Shown here: in pieces, positions 1-13,464 of the stretch
How the letters are laid out: every line of letters begins with the position of its first letter
Position numbering within the stretch: the stretch's first letter is position 1
DNA from: Neoconidiobolus thromboides FSU 785
Taxonomy: Eukaryota; Fungi; Entomophthoromycota
DNA: 64,000 bases
NCBI GenBank assembly: GCA_025603075.1
Contig: MU626288.1
Coordinates: 1 to 64,000 of the forward strand
Reading direction: 5' to 3'
Translations under genes and position numbers: made by a program
The notes under the pieces: model-generated
Seen by the model: only the letters and a program-made list of their open reading frames with translations
Told to the model about the DNA's origin: nothing
Database searches by the model: none

Positions 1-2037
1 AATCTGGTACTCAGTGATTGGATTCAAAAACAGTCATTGTCTAGTTGACTACACTGTAAGTTGAAAGGTCTTAGTTTATGTGATTAAGATAGACTTGAGT
101 TATGAAGAGTAGCATGTAATAGGCTACAGACTATATAAGACAAACAGGATAAATAATACTGATGTAAAATCTACGTAAAATACTATTAAGTAAACTTATT
201 GACTTTATTAAATGTTTGAGATATCAAGGAATAATTCAGTTAAAGAGCCTCGAGCTATTATGTTTTTGAATCTCTTTTATACTCCGATAAGTATAGATAT
301 CAAGACAAGAGGATAATATTCTTTGAGATGAAGATAGAAATTCTCATAGCAAATCAAAATAAGAGCATGGGATTAATTGTCTCTGAGCTCAAGAGCACAA
401 CAGCTTAGGCGATTATTATGCTATACTCAATCATGGAGCTGATAAAGTGATGTTTCATAGATAAGTACTTTTGTTTTTTTGAAAAATTTGGTTCTGAAAA
501 CTAGATAAAAAAATGAAATCGATTTGGACATCTCTGTTTTATTTGTATATTTAAGAAACAAGTTTAACTCAAGTTAAAACCGATTTTGACAACTTAATTT
601 TAATCCTGGATGATTTAAGAACACAAAAACGATCCAAGTCATAAAGCTGAGAAGCCATAACCATAACTCTAGAGCAAGCAAGGAGAGTTAATAAAGTTGG
701 ATTATTAACAGAGTAAAGTATCTTTGATCTAGGGTTGCCAGGACTTGGGCGCCAGGAAACATAGCCAATTTTTTATCTCAATTATCTATGTCATAGATAA
801 AGTTGTGAAGGGGATATTGGGATTGTTTTCCTCGAAATTTGTTTGTAAAACTTTCATAGTCATTATATTCAAATGTGTAGATTCAACAATAATCTCTTTA
901 AAATCATCAGAAATCTTGTAAATTATACTTTTAATATTTTCAATTTCTGTAAGTCCTTGAAGCTTTTAAGTACATTCGAAGTTAAAAAATGTTGAATTTT
1001 ACATTTCACTATTTTATACTATTAAAGTCAATAATCAATTATAAAAAAATTAGAAAAAATTAGAAATCCACATTTAAAATAACGGAAAGAGTTGATGTAC
1101 GCATCTTAGTATAATTCCAGCCTTTTATACTAATCACCTTTACTTAGCTTTGAATGGTTGGAAAATTTACTTGCAGTATGACACATGTAGAAGGACTCAT
1201 GGCCTCAACCCCAAAATTATACTGGTATGAGTAGCTTCTGAAAGCGATAATATTATTTGAACCTATACTTGAAATTCTTTAGAAAGAATCTAGCTACTTT
1301 TCTATATTCCAAAAAATTGAGTAATCCTATTTTAAAAAAATGAATTATTTAGATAAATGCTAATCTTTTATAAAAAATATTTGATTTCATATAAAAAGGG
1401 ATATTTTCTATTGTAAAATTGAGATTCCTGGATCATTATCAAATGAGGAAGATAGACTAATAATTGTTATACAATAATGTATATTAAATATAATAAAGTC
1501 AATCCGTTAAAAACTTTAAGTTAGTTTTTATTATACTCTAAAATTACATTGTTTTAGATATTAGATTGCTTTGAGGAACTGATATTCCTTTGGAAGTAAT
1601 TAGGTTTATTCTAATTACAAAAGCAATTATAATTCTAAGTTAAAGAGAGCTATCAACTATATATATTGATATTAAACTAAGTAGTATTTACTACATCAGA
1701 TAGGTATGTATGGGCATAATACCTAATCAGCATACAATTCTGATTGTATATATTAGCATTTTTTAAAAATCTCATCAAGAGAACTTATGTAAAAGTTACT
1801 GTAATATAATTAAACTATATGAAGTAATTAATATAATCTCGTTCAAAAGTAACTTTTATTTTGAATTTTTGTTAAAAAATAATGAAAAAGTAAAAAAAAG
1901 GCAATATATACAATACATTCAGAAATGTATCGGAGATAACATTATTAATATACTTGTATTAATAATGAAAATAGTAATGAAATATTAGACAATTTTAATA
2001 AATATCAATAAATCATTAAATTAAGACCATTTAATCC

Positions 2038-2119
2038 ATATGGAGATGTGTTTTTGTGTTTAAGAATATTGCTAACAAATTTTCCATTTAAATAGTGCTT
2101 AGAAGAAACACCCCTATAT
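2038..2119 (-). repeat. Dispersed fold-back (MITE-like) repeat, copy A, internally shortened
   Basis: ATATGGAGATGTGTTTTTGTGTTTAAGAATATTGCTAACAAATTTTCCATTTAAATAGTGCTTAGAAG...CACCCCTATAT is the reverse complement of the family core seen at 26587, 35976, 55107 and 59095. Confidence 0.8.
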
Positions 2120-2262
2120 ATTTGAAGAATGAATTTTGCTATCATAGTAATCAATTTAAGATTGAATCCAAAATATAGTGAATAATTTGAAACTTTATTA
2201 AATCATGTTAGAATCCATATCATAATACAAGCTAAGCCATTAGTTAAATAATTTTTATTAAC

Positions 2263-3018
2263 TTAATCGTCTCTTCTTTTTCTTTTTTGTAATGATTTAT
2301 CGGAAGAGGTTGATTCATCGGAATCAGAATTCTTTGAATCGGATCGACCTCTTAACTCTTCCTTTTCTTTTGAATCTGGATTTGAATCTGAGTCTGAGTC
2401 TGAGTCTGAGTCTGAATCTGAACTATCACTAATAATTCAATTAATAAAAAAAGTGATGAAAAAACAATTTATTGTCTATTACCTCATATTTACTAGAATT
2501 TTTCTTTTAATATCATCTGTGGTTATTTTATTGGGCCTATTTGAATAGGAGCTATTACAAAATTCAAATAACAAATCATCTGAATAACTTACTTTTGAAC
2601 CTCTTCTTCTTTTTGTGGATCATCTGGCAATTCTACTAATTCTGGTTTTTCTAGTTGTTTTGTTCGAGATGGTCGATATAAATATTTATGTTCTTTTTTA
2701 CATTCATAAGACTATTAAGTTAGATATTAATCTCCATATTCCCTTTACTAGTGTAAAATAAAGTCAACTTACCCAATGTCCATATTCATTACATCTCTAT
2801 CGTTTTCATATTTAATAAAGTTTATACTACAGATTTATTTGATATTGGCTTACTTGGCACCTTTGAGTACTATTATTATTACCACCAGAGCCACCAGTAT
2901 TGCCTCGTAACTTTTTATAATATCTACAGTGTTAAAATTAATTTATTATGAATTAGAGGACTTTTTAAATATGTCATTACTGTACAGAGGGTAATTCTTT
3001 ACGATTATAATTTGACAT
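2263..3018 (-). CDS. ZCCHC10: ZCCHC10-like zinc-knuckle protein with Ser/Asp-rich, basic C-terminus (multi-exon, absent from the ORF track)
   Basis: Spliced reading gives [63 protein letters not shown]. C-x2-C-x4-H-x4-C followed by YxxRPSRT is the ZCCHC10 signature. GT-AG introns join in frame, and the protein ends (SD)n...LQKRKRRDD*. Confidence 0.85.
2387..2422 (+). repeat. (TCTGAG/A)6 coding microsatellite giving the Ser-Asp dipeptide run
   Basis: Directly visible tandem hexamers inside the last exon of the zinc-knuckle gene. Confidence 0.9.
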
Positions 3019-3217
3019 TGGTGTTTATAAAGAAGATTAAATTTTAATAAAATTTGCTTATTTTTTTTTACAAATGCTTCATATTTTCTGCAAAAAATAG
3101 TCTTGAATTTTTTAAAAAAAATGCTATATAAATTGTCACTAAATTAAAATAAAAAAACTTCATATTCTTTTTTAATAAAAATTTATTTGATATGACTCAA
3201 ATTCTCAAAAAATACCA

Positions 3218-4300
3218 CTAATCCTTTTCAGCCATACGTTGTAAATGTTCAGTAATTTCTTCAGTAGATAAGACATGAAATTTCTTGCTACTTTTATCAG
3301 CCACTCCAATTTCAATTTCATTAGCTTTAAAATCGATAGCTAAAACGGAGGATAAGGTATTAATAGCCAACTAAAAAAAGAAGATAATAATAAGTCAATT
3401 AATTGGTCAATAAATGTATCTAAATAGTAGAATTGTTTTACCTCAATAGTTTCTTCTTCATCAAGTTCTTTTTCTTTTTTTAATTTTTTTTCCAAATAAT
3501 TAATCACATCTTGTTGTTTAGTACCAGCACCACTTGCTTTATAAGCTATGTAATAACCAGCTGGATCGACTTTAAAAAGTTGGGGGCCAAGCTCTTCATC
3601 CATGCCAACAATCATCATTGCTTATTATTTTAAAAAAATCAATTTTCATCATTATAAAACTATTAAATAAAAAGCTAAAAAACTTACAAACACCTAATGG
3701 TCTCATATAAGCATGTTGTGTATAAATTTGATTTTTACTAGCCATACGTTTAGCTAATAAATCTGGACTTATTTCATATCCAAACTTATAGCGAAAGTTA
3801 GCAGCTTCTTGACGTGCTTGAGTTATTTGTGCCCGAGCATCAGCTATTAAACAAAATAAGTAAACAATAGCTCATTGGCTAATTCCCTAATAAAAAGTGT
3901 TTAACCTACCAATTAATCCAGTCATAACACAACCAATAGTTGGTGTAATTTGAAAGATATGGGTAACAGAAGAAGGATCCATAAGCTTATCCTAAAAGAA
4001 ATGAATCATTATGAATAATCTATTAAAAACTTTATAATTTTTTCTATAACTTACAGGTATTTTTTTTTGAGTTATAATAACAGCACTATCTTTACCACGA
4101 ATAGCTACTGAAGTCATATTGGAATTAGCTATGGCTTTAAAAGCATATTCTAAATCAAGGAGAAATATTAATTATTATTCATAGATTATAAGTCTTATTA
4201 TTATATTTCTGTTATTAATTGGGTATTTACCAACTTGATAAAGTCTCCCTTCTGGAGAAAAAATAGTAATATGGCGATCATATCCTGCACTTCGACTCAT
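3218..4300 (-). CDS. SCL1: 20S proteasome subunit alpha type-6 / alpha1 (multi-exon)
   Basis: Starts [23 protein letters not shown] (alpha-subunit N-terminal signature). Continues ...[62 protein letters not shown], and ends ERMAEKD*. Confidence 0.95.
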
Positions 4301-4590
4301 CTTTTATCCTTTTATTTTAACTAAAATTTTGAAAGCTTGGTTGAATGTTTTTATTTTCTATTCATTTGATTACGTTGCCTACTATTTAAATGCAAAATTT
4401 AATGATCAAATGAAACCAAAGTAAGTTGAAATCCTTTGAATTGATGGAATTTGATTGGTTTTAAAAGCTTAAAAAGTTGCAGCTTAGTTAGCATAGTATT
4501 AGACCTACTCTTAAAGCTGTAATAAAAAGTTAAAAGCTCATTTTCTAATTCAAAAGCAACTTTTTTTTAAAAATAAATCAATCAAAAAAG
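4301..4590. promoter_or_regulatory. 290-bp bidirectional promoter shared by SCL1 and RPN10, with a CCAAT box (TGATTGG 4452-4458)
   Basis: Divergent ATGs at 4300 (-) and 4591 (+). Promoter function is inferred from this geometry. Confidence 0.7.
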
Positions 4591-5972
4591 ATGGTCTTAG
4601 AAGCAACCATGATAGTGTAAATAGAATAAATAGTAACATGAAAGATAAGTTATTAATCATATTTTCCAAATAAAAAAAAGGTTAGACAACTCCGAATGGA
4701 TGAGGAATGGAGATTTTACACCAACTCGTTTAGAAGCACAAGCTGATACTTTAAACATATTATTTCGTAGTAAAACAGGATCAAATCCAGAAAATACTGT
4801 TGGGGTATTATCAATGGCTAATAAAGGGTAATAAAAATATAATTGATTTCTATATTCTATATTAAAAAACAATTTATTATTATTCGAGTAGCCCAGAAGT
4901 ATTAGTCACCCTTACCACTGAGTTAGGAAAAGTATTATCAGCTGTTCATCGAATGAAGTTAGGTGGGCAAGCTAATTTTACAACTGGTGTACAAGTGGCT
5001 CAATTGGCTTTAAAACATCGACAAAATAAAAATCAAAGACAAAGGATTGTGGTATTTACTGGTAGTCCTATTTATGAAAATGAAAAAGAATTGGTTAAAC
5101 TTGGTAAAAAATTAAAAAAAAATAATGTGGCTGTAGATGTTATTAATTTTGGGGAAGTCGATAACAATACTCCTAAACTACAAGCTTTTATTGAAGCGGT
5201 TAATTCATCTGCTAATAGGTAAATAGATATATGATTTTTGGATGAAAAACAGTGTTAATCAGTTTCTGTTTTATATATAGCAATTTATTAACTGTTTACC
5301 CTGGAGCTGAACTTTTATCCGATGCAGTACTTGCTTCTCCTATTATCCCAGAAGATGGATCAGGTGTTGTTAGATCTAGTAATGATAATTTCGAATTTGG
5401 CGTGGATCCAAGTGTCGATCCAGAATTAGCAATGGTAAGTTTTTGATACGATGAATATAATCTAATGTAATAATGATAATATTAATTGAATATTTTATTA
5501 CAGGCCCTTCGTATTTCACTTGAAGAAGAAAGAGCAAGACAAGAAAGTTTAAATGCCAATAATCCAAATAAATCAGAAGAAAGTAAAGAAGCACCAGCTC
5601 AATCTACTTCAGCTCCTCAAGAAGAAGTAAGATAAAAACAACATTTTAAAAAAAAAGTATTTTTTTATTAAATAATATAATTAGTTTATGGAATACGATG
5701 AAGAAGCAGAACTCAAACAAGCATTAGCTATGTCCTTGCAAATGATGGAAGAAGAAGTAAGCTCAACTTTATAATTTATCTTATAAATAATATTAATCTT
5801 TTTTATATAGGGAGATAATCAACCTAGTGGTGGTGCTGAACTTGATGACATTAAAGATTTACCAGGTGTTGATATTGAAGATCCAAAAGTACAAGAAGCT
5901 ATGGGATTATTAAAAGACTATGATGGTAATGATAAAGATAAGAAAAAGAAGGACAATGAAATGGAGGATTAA
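4591..5972 (+). CDS. RPN10: 26S proteasome regulatory subunit Rpn10 (vWA + UIM; multi-exon)
   Basis: [49 protein letters not shown], and UIMs [26 protein letters not shown] and [13 protein letters not shown]. Confidence 0.95.
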
Positions 5973-6043
5973 AGTAGTAGTATGAATTTATTTTAGCATT
6001 ATTATTATTATGTTTATATTTTATTTATTTATTATTTTATTTT

Positions 6044-7150
6044 TTATTTATAAATAAACTTAACGTTAGGTTCATTCATTAATAATTTATCCATTTCTAT
6101 GGGGGAATAATTAAATTCGGTACATATTTCATCATAATGATGTTTTCCGTTAAGATATCTAAATAAATAGAATTAATATCAATAATATATTATTATGTAT
6201 TAAACTATTTGATATATATTATTAAACTTACTTTTTGATGTTATTTGGTAATACAAATTTTGATTCTTGTTGTAATATAGGAAATTTATGTATTCGATAA
6301 ATTAATTTATTAATTATACCAAAGGTTATGAATCGTCTAATTGTGCAAAATACATCAATTATTATTATTGTTATATAGCACAAGTATTTACCTAACATCT
6401 AAATTTAAACATTCTACTTGATTAATTTGAATCCATTGTAGTAATGTTTCTCCAGGTCTTAAAGCACAATATAAAGATAATAATTTACTAAAATTGGGTG
6501 TAGGTAAATCTAAATCTAAATCAAGAAATGAATATAAATTATTAATACCATTTTGCCAATAATAGAGTGAATAATATTATTACTCATTCCAGCTACATAT
6601 TTAATACATTCTTTTTGTAAATAAATATCTTCAATTAAATTTTTTAAATTTGGATTAACAGAATATCGATTGGAATACTATTGATAAAAAAAACAATTTA
6701 GTAATCCATATATGTCCCATTTTATCTTATTCTATTAATATATAAAATACTAAATATTAATTACTTGAAATATATCAATCATAATAATACAACCATAATA
6801 GCTAATAGAATAAATAAATAAATAAAAACAAACAAAATATTCTACTTACATTAAATGTTCCAATGATTTCATGACTAATAAAGGTTCCGTATCGCATAGT
6901 AATGTAATTTTTTTGACATGATTAATACCATTAATAAATGGTAATATCTAATATACCAATATTAAACAAATATATAATTATAATAATAATAACTTACTTT
7001 CTTAATCGAAATATCCCAAGTATCATCCGCTAATTGATTTAAATCGGCTAATGGAGAAGGTACATCACACATTTTAAATGTTTTTGGTTTATTATAACTT
7101 GGAAATAATTTTAAATTAATTATACCCATAGTAACTAAACAATACAAATA

Positions 7151-7183
<33 letters not shown>

Positions 7184-7720
7184 GCTACATAAAGTAATCC
7201 TACTTTCACACATACTATTTAAATCTTCTAAGATATGTTCCAGTGCTGGTAATAGTGCATGTTTTTTTTTCAAGTCGGACAGTACTTCTTCTTCTATCTG
7301 AAAAGTAAATTATTTAAACCCAAGTCTACTTTTCCACGTTCCCTTTTTTTAACTTACCTCCAACCCTTTTAATACCAATCCCATCTTACCAATAATAGGT
7401 TCAAAACTTTTAACTTCATCTTTTCCATTAAATACCCAACACAGATTAAACATTAATGCATTTCTTTCATATTTCCTATTTTTAATTGTTATTGGATACC
7501 CTATAATTTTATAGTTGGAACAATTCACTGTTATTAAATGTTCATTTAATTCACTTTTGGGGATAATGTAATCTGAGATTAACTCAAAATCAAATAATTT
7601 GGAAGCTCCAGAAATACTGTTTTCTGGGATTTCGTATACTACTTTGGGACCTTGGATTGGGTGAAATTCACAATAGAACAAAGCTAATAACCGAGGGAAG
7701 CCTCGATCACTGGGTTGCAT
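6044..7720 (-). CDS. NPR2: Nitrogen permease regulator 2 / NPRL2 (GATOR1-SEACIT subunit; multi-exon)
   Basis: N-terminal longin-type segment LFYCEFHPIQGPKVVYEIP...YERNALMFNLCWVF, then IINLKLFP, WDISIKKILPFINGINHVKKI, and C-terminal YLNGKHHYDEICTEF. Confidence 0.92.
7151..7181 (+). repeat. (ATA)n microsatellite inside an NPR2 intron
   Basis: About 10 perfect ATA units visible. Confidence 0.9.
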
Positions 7721-7900
7721 CTTTTTTAAATTTGATTTCTATTTAATTTTTAGTTGAAGTTCGTTAACTTTATTGAAATAATTTAATGTGTTAAAATGAA
7801 TTTTTTGGTGGCTTTTTATATAGAATAAAATTCAACGTCAAATTATGAGGTTTAAAATAAAAAATAATTAAAACAGTTTTCAACTTGAATTTATTTAATA

Positions 7901-10125
7901 ATGAAAAAAACTCCATCTCAAAGAAAATCGGTTATTCATCCATTAGAGCAAAAAGAAGATGATATAAAGGAATCAGTGATAGCAATTAAGCATATAAACT
8001 CAACTAGTTTTGGTAATAAAATCATTGAATGGATAAAAAAAGAAAGCGAAGTTTTTAGTAAAGATATTTTACATCTGTTAAAGTTAAAAAAAGTAAGTTA
8101 AAATATTATTATGAATATTTTATATCGTACAATTAAAATTTATTTAGGCTTCTTTAATTCTACCAATATGTGATTATGATATTTTATTACAAAGAAATAC
8201 CATTGAAGATTATATTTTATTAACTACCGATTTTATTAAGTTAACTCCATTTACCTCACTTTCTTTTTTAACTATGTTTATTAATGAGTAATTTATTTAT
8301 TATATTTATTTTATTTTATTTTATTTAGTATTTATTTAATAAATAGCACCAAATTATTTACAATAAAAAGCGATAAATTATCTAGTAAAGAAATTGTACC
8401 TTATTTTATGAACAATAAACTAGAGTAAGTCAAAGGTCTTCTATTTTTTGTTTTTAAAGATGATACTAACATTACTCAACTCATTTGATTAGTTTCAAAG
8501 GCATAGAAATTGTAGATAAATTTGAACAAGTACTATTTGATAATATAGCATGTAATATAATTATAGTCAATAATTTATTAACTATTATTGAACCATGGCC
8601 ACCTATATTGAATACTATTAATGATGTGTTTATGTTTTACAATCCATTAAAATTAGCTAATGAACAATATCAATTAACTTTAGATTATGGGGAAAAGTAA
8701 GTTTACACTTATAGTAATAACATATTATTACTACTACTGTTTTATTTGTGTTTTATATTTATATTTATATTTATATTTATCATATCATTAGATTAAATGA
8801 ATTATTTAAAAAAGAAGACATTAAATTAACCGAATTAATGCACCAATTACATAATTATTATGATCAATTATATAATTTATTTAATAATAATCCATTATCT
8901 TCTAAAAATCTGTTTCATGAATTGGAAGTTTATTTGTGTAATAATTATTATAATAAGTAATATTAATATGTATTTGTTTCTGCTTTATATTAAATTAATT
9001 TTAATATTTAATAAGGTTGTTTCAACCGGATGACAGTGGCGATATTTTATTAGATTCACAATTCCAACAACAATTAGCTGTTATAAAAAAAGATAATATA
9101 ATTTTGACAAAATTAAGAACAAATTGTAATACAGAAATAGAAGACGATCTTCTTAAAGATTTAATAACTGAATTAACTACAATAACATTATTGAAAACAC
9201 CCAGTTCAAAGTTAAAATTGTTAATCAATTTTAACAATAAATTATCAAATAATTCATCTATGGATATGATTTTACCAAAAATCATTTATTCATTAACATA
9301 TTTAAAAGAAGAAATATATTTAATATCAAATATTAGATTTATACAAAGGTAATATTGATATTTTAATGATAGGAATGTATATTTTATTATTTAGATTTCA
9401 TCCCAATTTAGATGGAGTAGCTACTTATTGTTTAACTAATATATTAGCTTCAATTACGTATATTGAATCTTTAGCAAAAGAGAATAATACTATTGAGAAG
9501 TAAGTTCCACTAATTTATTAATTTGTCGTAATTTATTATAAATTTATTATAATTTAGTAAATTTAGTGATAATAAAACTATGGATAATTCAATGTTATCT
9601 TCCTTAAAAACATTATCAGGTATACCAATGGAATTAACAGGGGAAGGAGTTAAAGCAATTGTCAATGTAGTTGATAAGTAAATACTATTTTAAACTGATA
9701 TTATAAATGTTGTTATTAATTGTTTTTTTTCATATTAGGACTTTTAGTAAATTTTGGTATCCAACAACGATAACAACAACAGAGACAGTAGATAATAATA
9801 ATAATAATAATAATTTAATAATTTCAAAGGAATTAAATAAACCAACAATTGAAGATAATAATATAAATAATATAAATAACAATAATAATAATAATGAGTG
9901 AGTTTTAATTTTAATTAAAAGAAATTTTTTATAAAGTTTGTTAGTTTATCAAGTGAAATAGCCCAATTTCAAACATATAATAAATCATTTAAAGAACTGT
10001 CCATTTTAGAGTTGGAAGGTAACTAGAGTTTAATATTTGAAATAGTAATTTATTAACTGGACTACTATTAATCTTTAGAACTTTATAATAATTATCATAA
10101 ATTATTAACTTTAATAAATAAATAA
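7901..10125 (+). CDS. VPS9-domain protein (Rab5-family GEF-like; multi-exon)
   Basis: VPS9-like core TPSSKLKLL...SSMDMILPKIIYSL...LISNIRFIQRFHPNLDGVATYCLTNILASITYIE, plus a C-terminal FKELSILELEELYNNY segment typical of fungal VPS9-family proteins. N-terminal exons are less certain. Confidence 0.72.
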
Positions 10126-10165
10126 AGTTTAAATTGTTATATTAATAAATATAAATTTCTCATAT

Positions 10166-10270
10166 ATATGAAGGTGTGTTTTTTGTGTTTAAGAATTTTA
10201 TTAACAATTTTTTTGCTCAAATAACACTTAAGAGGTGGAAAAAGTGATGAAGTTAAAAAACATCTACATG
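10166..10270 (-). repeat. Dispersed fold-back repeat, copy B
   Basis: GAAGGTGTGTTTTTTGTGTTTAAGAATTTTATTAACAA...CTCAAATAACACTTAAGAGGTGGAAAAAGTGATGAAGTTAAAAAACATCTACATG matches the reverse complement of the family core. Confidence 0.85.
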
Positions 10271-10405
10271 TTATAATTCTATAATCAATTTAAAATTAAA
10301 ATAATTTATTACTAAAAAGAGAGAAATTCGAAAATAGAAATAGAAAGGTATAGAAATGAAAAAAACTTAGTAACCCACTGTCAACGCCTTGGCCTATAGA
10401 ACAAC

Positions 10406-11591
10406 TTAGATTGTAAACTGTTGAATGGATTTAAAATAAAAAGGTAATAATCCAGGTAAATTCAAATGTAATTCAGGATATAACAACTTAGCTTTGGTTG
10501 CAAACTTACTTGATACGCCTGAACAGCCCAATACATTTAATACTTTTAATTTATTACAATTAGCTAATATATAAAATAAAGAAGTATCCGTAATACATTG
10601 ACAATATGATAAAGATAATACTTCTAATTGATTACAATGATTAGCAATAGCCACAACCGAGTAGTCGGAAATTTGAGCACAATTAGTTAAATCTAAATAA
10701 ATTAATTGTTGACAATTTTTAGCTAATTCAATAAAACCAAAATCAGTTAATTGAGAATTCCAAGACAAGGATAATTTTTTTAATAATTTACAATGTTTAA
10801 CTAATTTAGTTAATACAATATCACTACGATTGCCACCTGCTAAATTGAGATATTGGAGTTTTAATAAGTAAGGCAATACTCGTTGTAAATCATAATTTTT
10901 TAATCCTTTACAAAATCCTAAATCTAAATGTTTTAATTCACTACCTAATAAAGGGATTAAATTTGCTAAATGTTGGCTTAATATGGGATTATTTCGATGC
11001 ATTTCATCCAATTGAGTAAGATCTAATATACTCACCAATTTAAAATTACTTGTAGACTTCAAGGAGGTAGAAAGTAAATGAAGTGAATTTAAATCTTTAA
11101 ATTTTGGTTTTCTATAAAGTAAAGGCGTGGCTAAAGAATACCAATATTTACATACTAAACTACTTTTGGCTAAATGATACGGTGTTGATATTAAATAAAT
11201 AAATATATTTTCTAAGATTTCGGGTGGCAATGGGAGTTCATTTTTGGCATAATTTGTTATTGGTATAGTATTAACACAAGCTATTGAACTACTTGTTGTC
11301 AATCTCGTTTCTAATTTGACTTCTTTTTTATGTACTATTGGTTCCGTTTTTTTAAAATTGAATTCTACCTATAATAATGTTAAATTAGCTTTGTTTGATC
11401 ATTATCAATTAATTCAATGCTTGAATATTTACCTGTAAATCATCCTTACTTTTTGTCTTTTTCAAGCTCAATTTGTTACTATCATTCTCTTTATTACCCT
11501 TGTCATTATTATTAAATAAACATAATTCATTAACACTTTTGCTTTTAACTTCAAGTTCTATATCTTTAAATTGTTTAATTTTATCACTCAT
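10406..11591 (-). CDS. F-box / cysteine-containing LRR protein (FBXL/AMN1-like), 2 exons (11433-11591, 10406-11368), about 373 aa
   Basis: F-box LPPEILENIFIYL...LVCKYWY and LRR-CC repeats (LDLTNCAQISD, LSLSYCQCITD, LNVLGCSGVS). The 60-aa ORF at 11409-11591 is exon 1, joined in frame by a 64-nt GT-AG intron. Confidence 0.88.
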
Positions 11592-13464
11592 TACTGTAGA
11601 ATTAATATTAGTAGTATTGATATTCTCTCTTTCTTTTAAAAAAATTAGAAAATCAAATTAAAACTAAAATTTAGAACCTTTTATTTTTATAACTAATTTT
11701 ATTCTGATCCCAGTATCTCAACTTCTTCCTCATTGGAGCAATCCATTTTTAGTCATTCTCCTAGTGAACAAGATTTATTAAGCATAAAAGCTAAATTAGT
11801 GATTTGTTCTGCTACTTTTTTTATGCAATTGGTTTTAAAGCTGGTACATCTCTATTTGGACTAAAGTAGCAATTCATTTAAGAATAATGTTTCACTAAAA
11901 TTATAAAGACAAACAAACTAACGGTAGAAACCAAGAGACAAATAGTTGAATCTAAAAGTTATTGCAAATTAAGTTGGAATAAAAGCGAAATAACTATACT
12001 TGCTTTAATAAATTTAATTACACACATCCACCACTTAATTTTTTTGATAAAATAAAAGATAATCCCCCTTCAGTTACCTGGTTTTATTGTTGACACTATC
12101 ATTAGAGTATGAGGTAAATAAAAAAGTGTTAAGCTATTAAAATAAAAGAGTATATTAAAATTATTATTTTTAAAGTGCTTTTTAACTCAGAAATAATCCA
12201 TTAAATATTATATTCACTTGAACATTTTAAGTTTCTAAATCTTATTTTAAACTCTATTTTAAAACAAAAAAGCCTAATTATTTTATAAATTTATTTAAAT
12301 TTAATTTGTTTTATATATAGTAGGACAAGTGTAAATATATTAAGTTTCAAACTATCTTTTAAACATGTATTAAATTAACTACAATTTTAATGTAAGTATA
12401 TTAAAATCTAGAAACTGATAATATTACTTTTTTATTTTCGTGTATGTTGAGACTGCTTTTTTAAATATTGTTTACTTTTAAATTAATATAGAAATTATAA
12501 AAAAACTTAATAACTGAGCTTTGGGCAACTTAGATTGTACTAAATTATCAGCTGATAGTTTGACCATTCCTTTTAATTTTGAAATTTCAATAATTCAATT
12601 ATATAAAACTATTCAAAATGAAATAAAAACTTGAACAAAGTTTATCAAAAACAGATACGCTGGTAAAGAAACCTTTAAAATTTCAGCAATTTTTTACTAA
12701 GCTCTTTTCAATTCCCACTTTCATAAGTCATCATAAATTACCCCACATTTTATATTTAATTTCTGTTTCCTATACTAATAAAGTGCATTTGAAAATTGAT
12801 GTTATTAAAATGATTTTTTTAAGAAAATCTTAAGAGTATAAAAATTGCTATTCTGTTAATTAATATTTTTTTATTCTTAAGGTCTAATATGATAGATCTT
12901 TTTAATAACGTTAGGGCTATTAGTCTGTTAAATTTAAAAAAAACTCTAAAAATACATTAGTGTCAATATAAAGAAAATAAATAGAGGACACTTTGAAGAT
13001 AATGTAATAGTAATATAGTTTTGTAAAATAATAGATTTTACTTAGTATACCCCCATTCCTTCAAATTTTGAAGAAATACAAATGTTGTTTTAAAGTCTTT
13101 AGTTTCTTCGTCTAAAAGAGAGAAAGTTAAGATAGGATGAAATAATGATTGTGAGTCAAATGTAGGGTTTTAAAAGAAATGGGCTAAACGATGTCATTGG
13201 ATTTATTAGCGTTTATTTAACTTTTGTTTTACAAATGTTATTATTAATAAAATGAAGTAATTTCAATTTTCAATTCCCAACTTAAATTTTCCTTTAATTG
13301 ATCTTAAAAAAATGATCAATCTCCAATCTTGTTCAATTTTTAATCAATTTATTTTGAACAAATTCAATAAAAAAGTTCACTTTTTATTCAATTTCTAACT
13401 TTCCAAAAATAAAATGGTATTAGGTAACTATAACTAGCAGTAATAATTTAACAGCAATTAAGAA

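Noticed and set aside
1-1000. Slightly GC-richer stretch with short open frames (minus strand ...KIGYVSWRPSPGNPRSKIL...), possibly a decayed retroelement
   Set aside because: No recognisable RT, endonuclease or integrase motif, and the frames are interrupted. A tBLASTx against TE libraries is needed.
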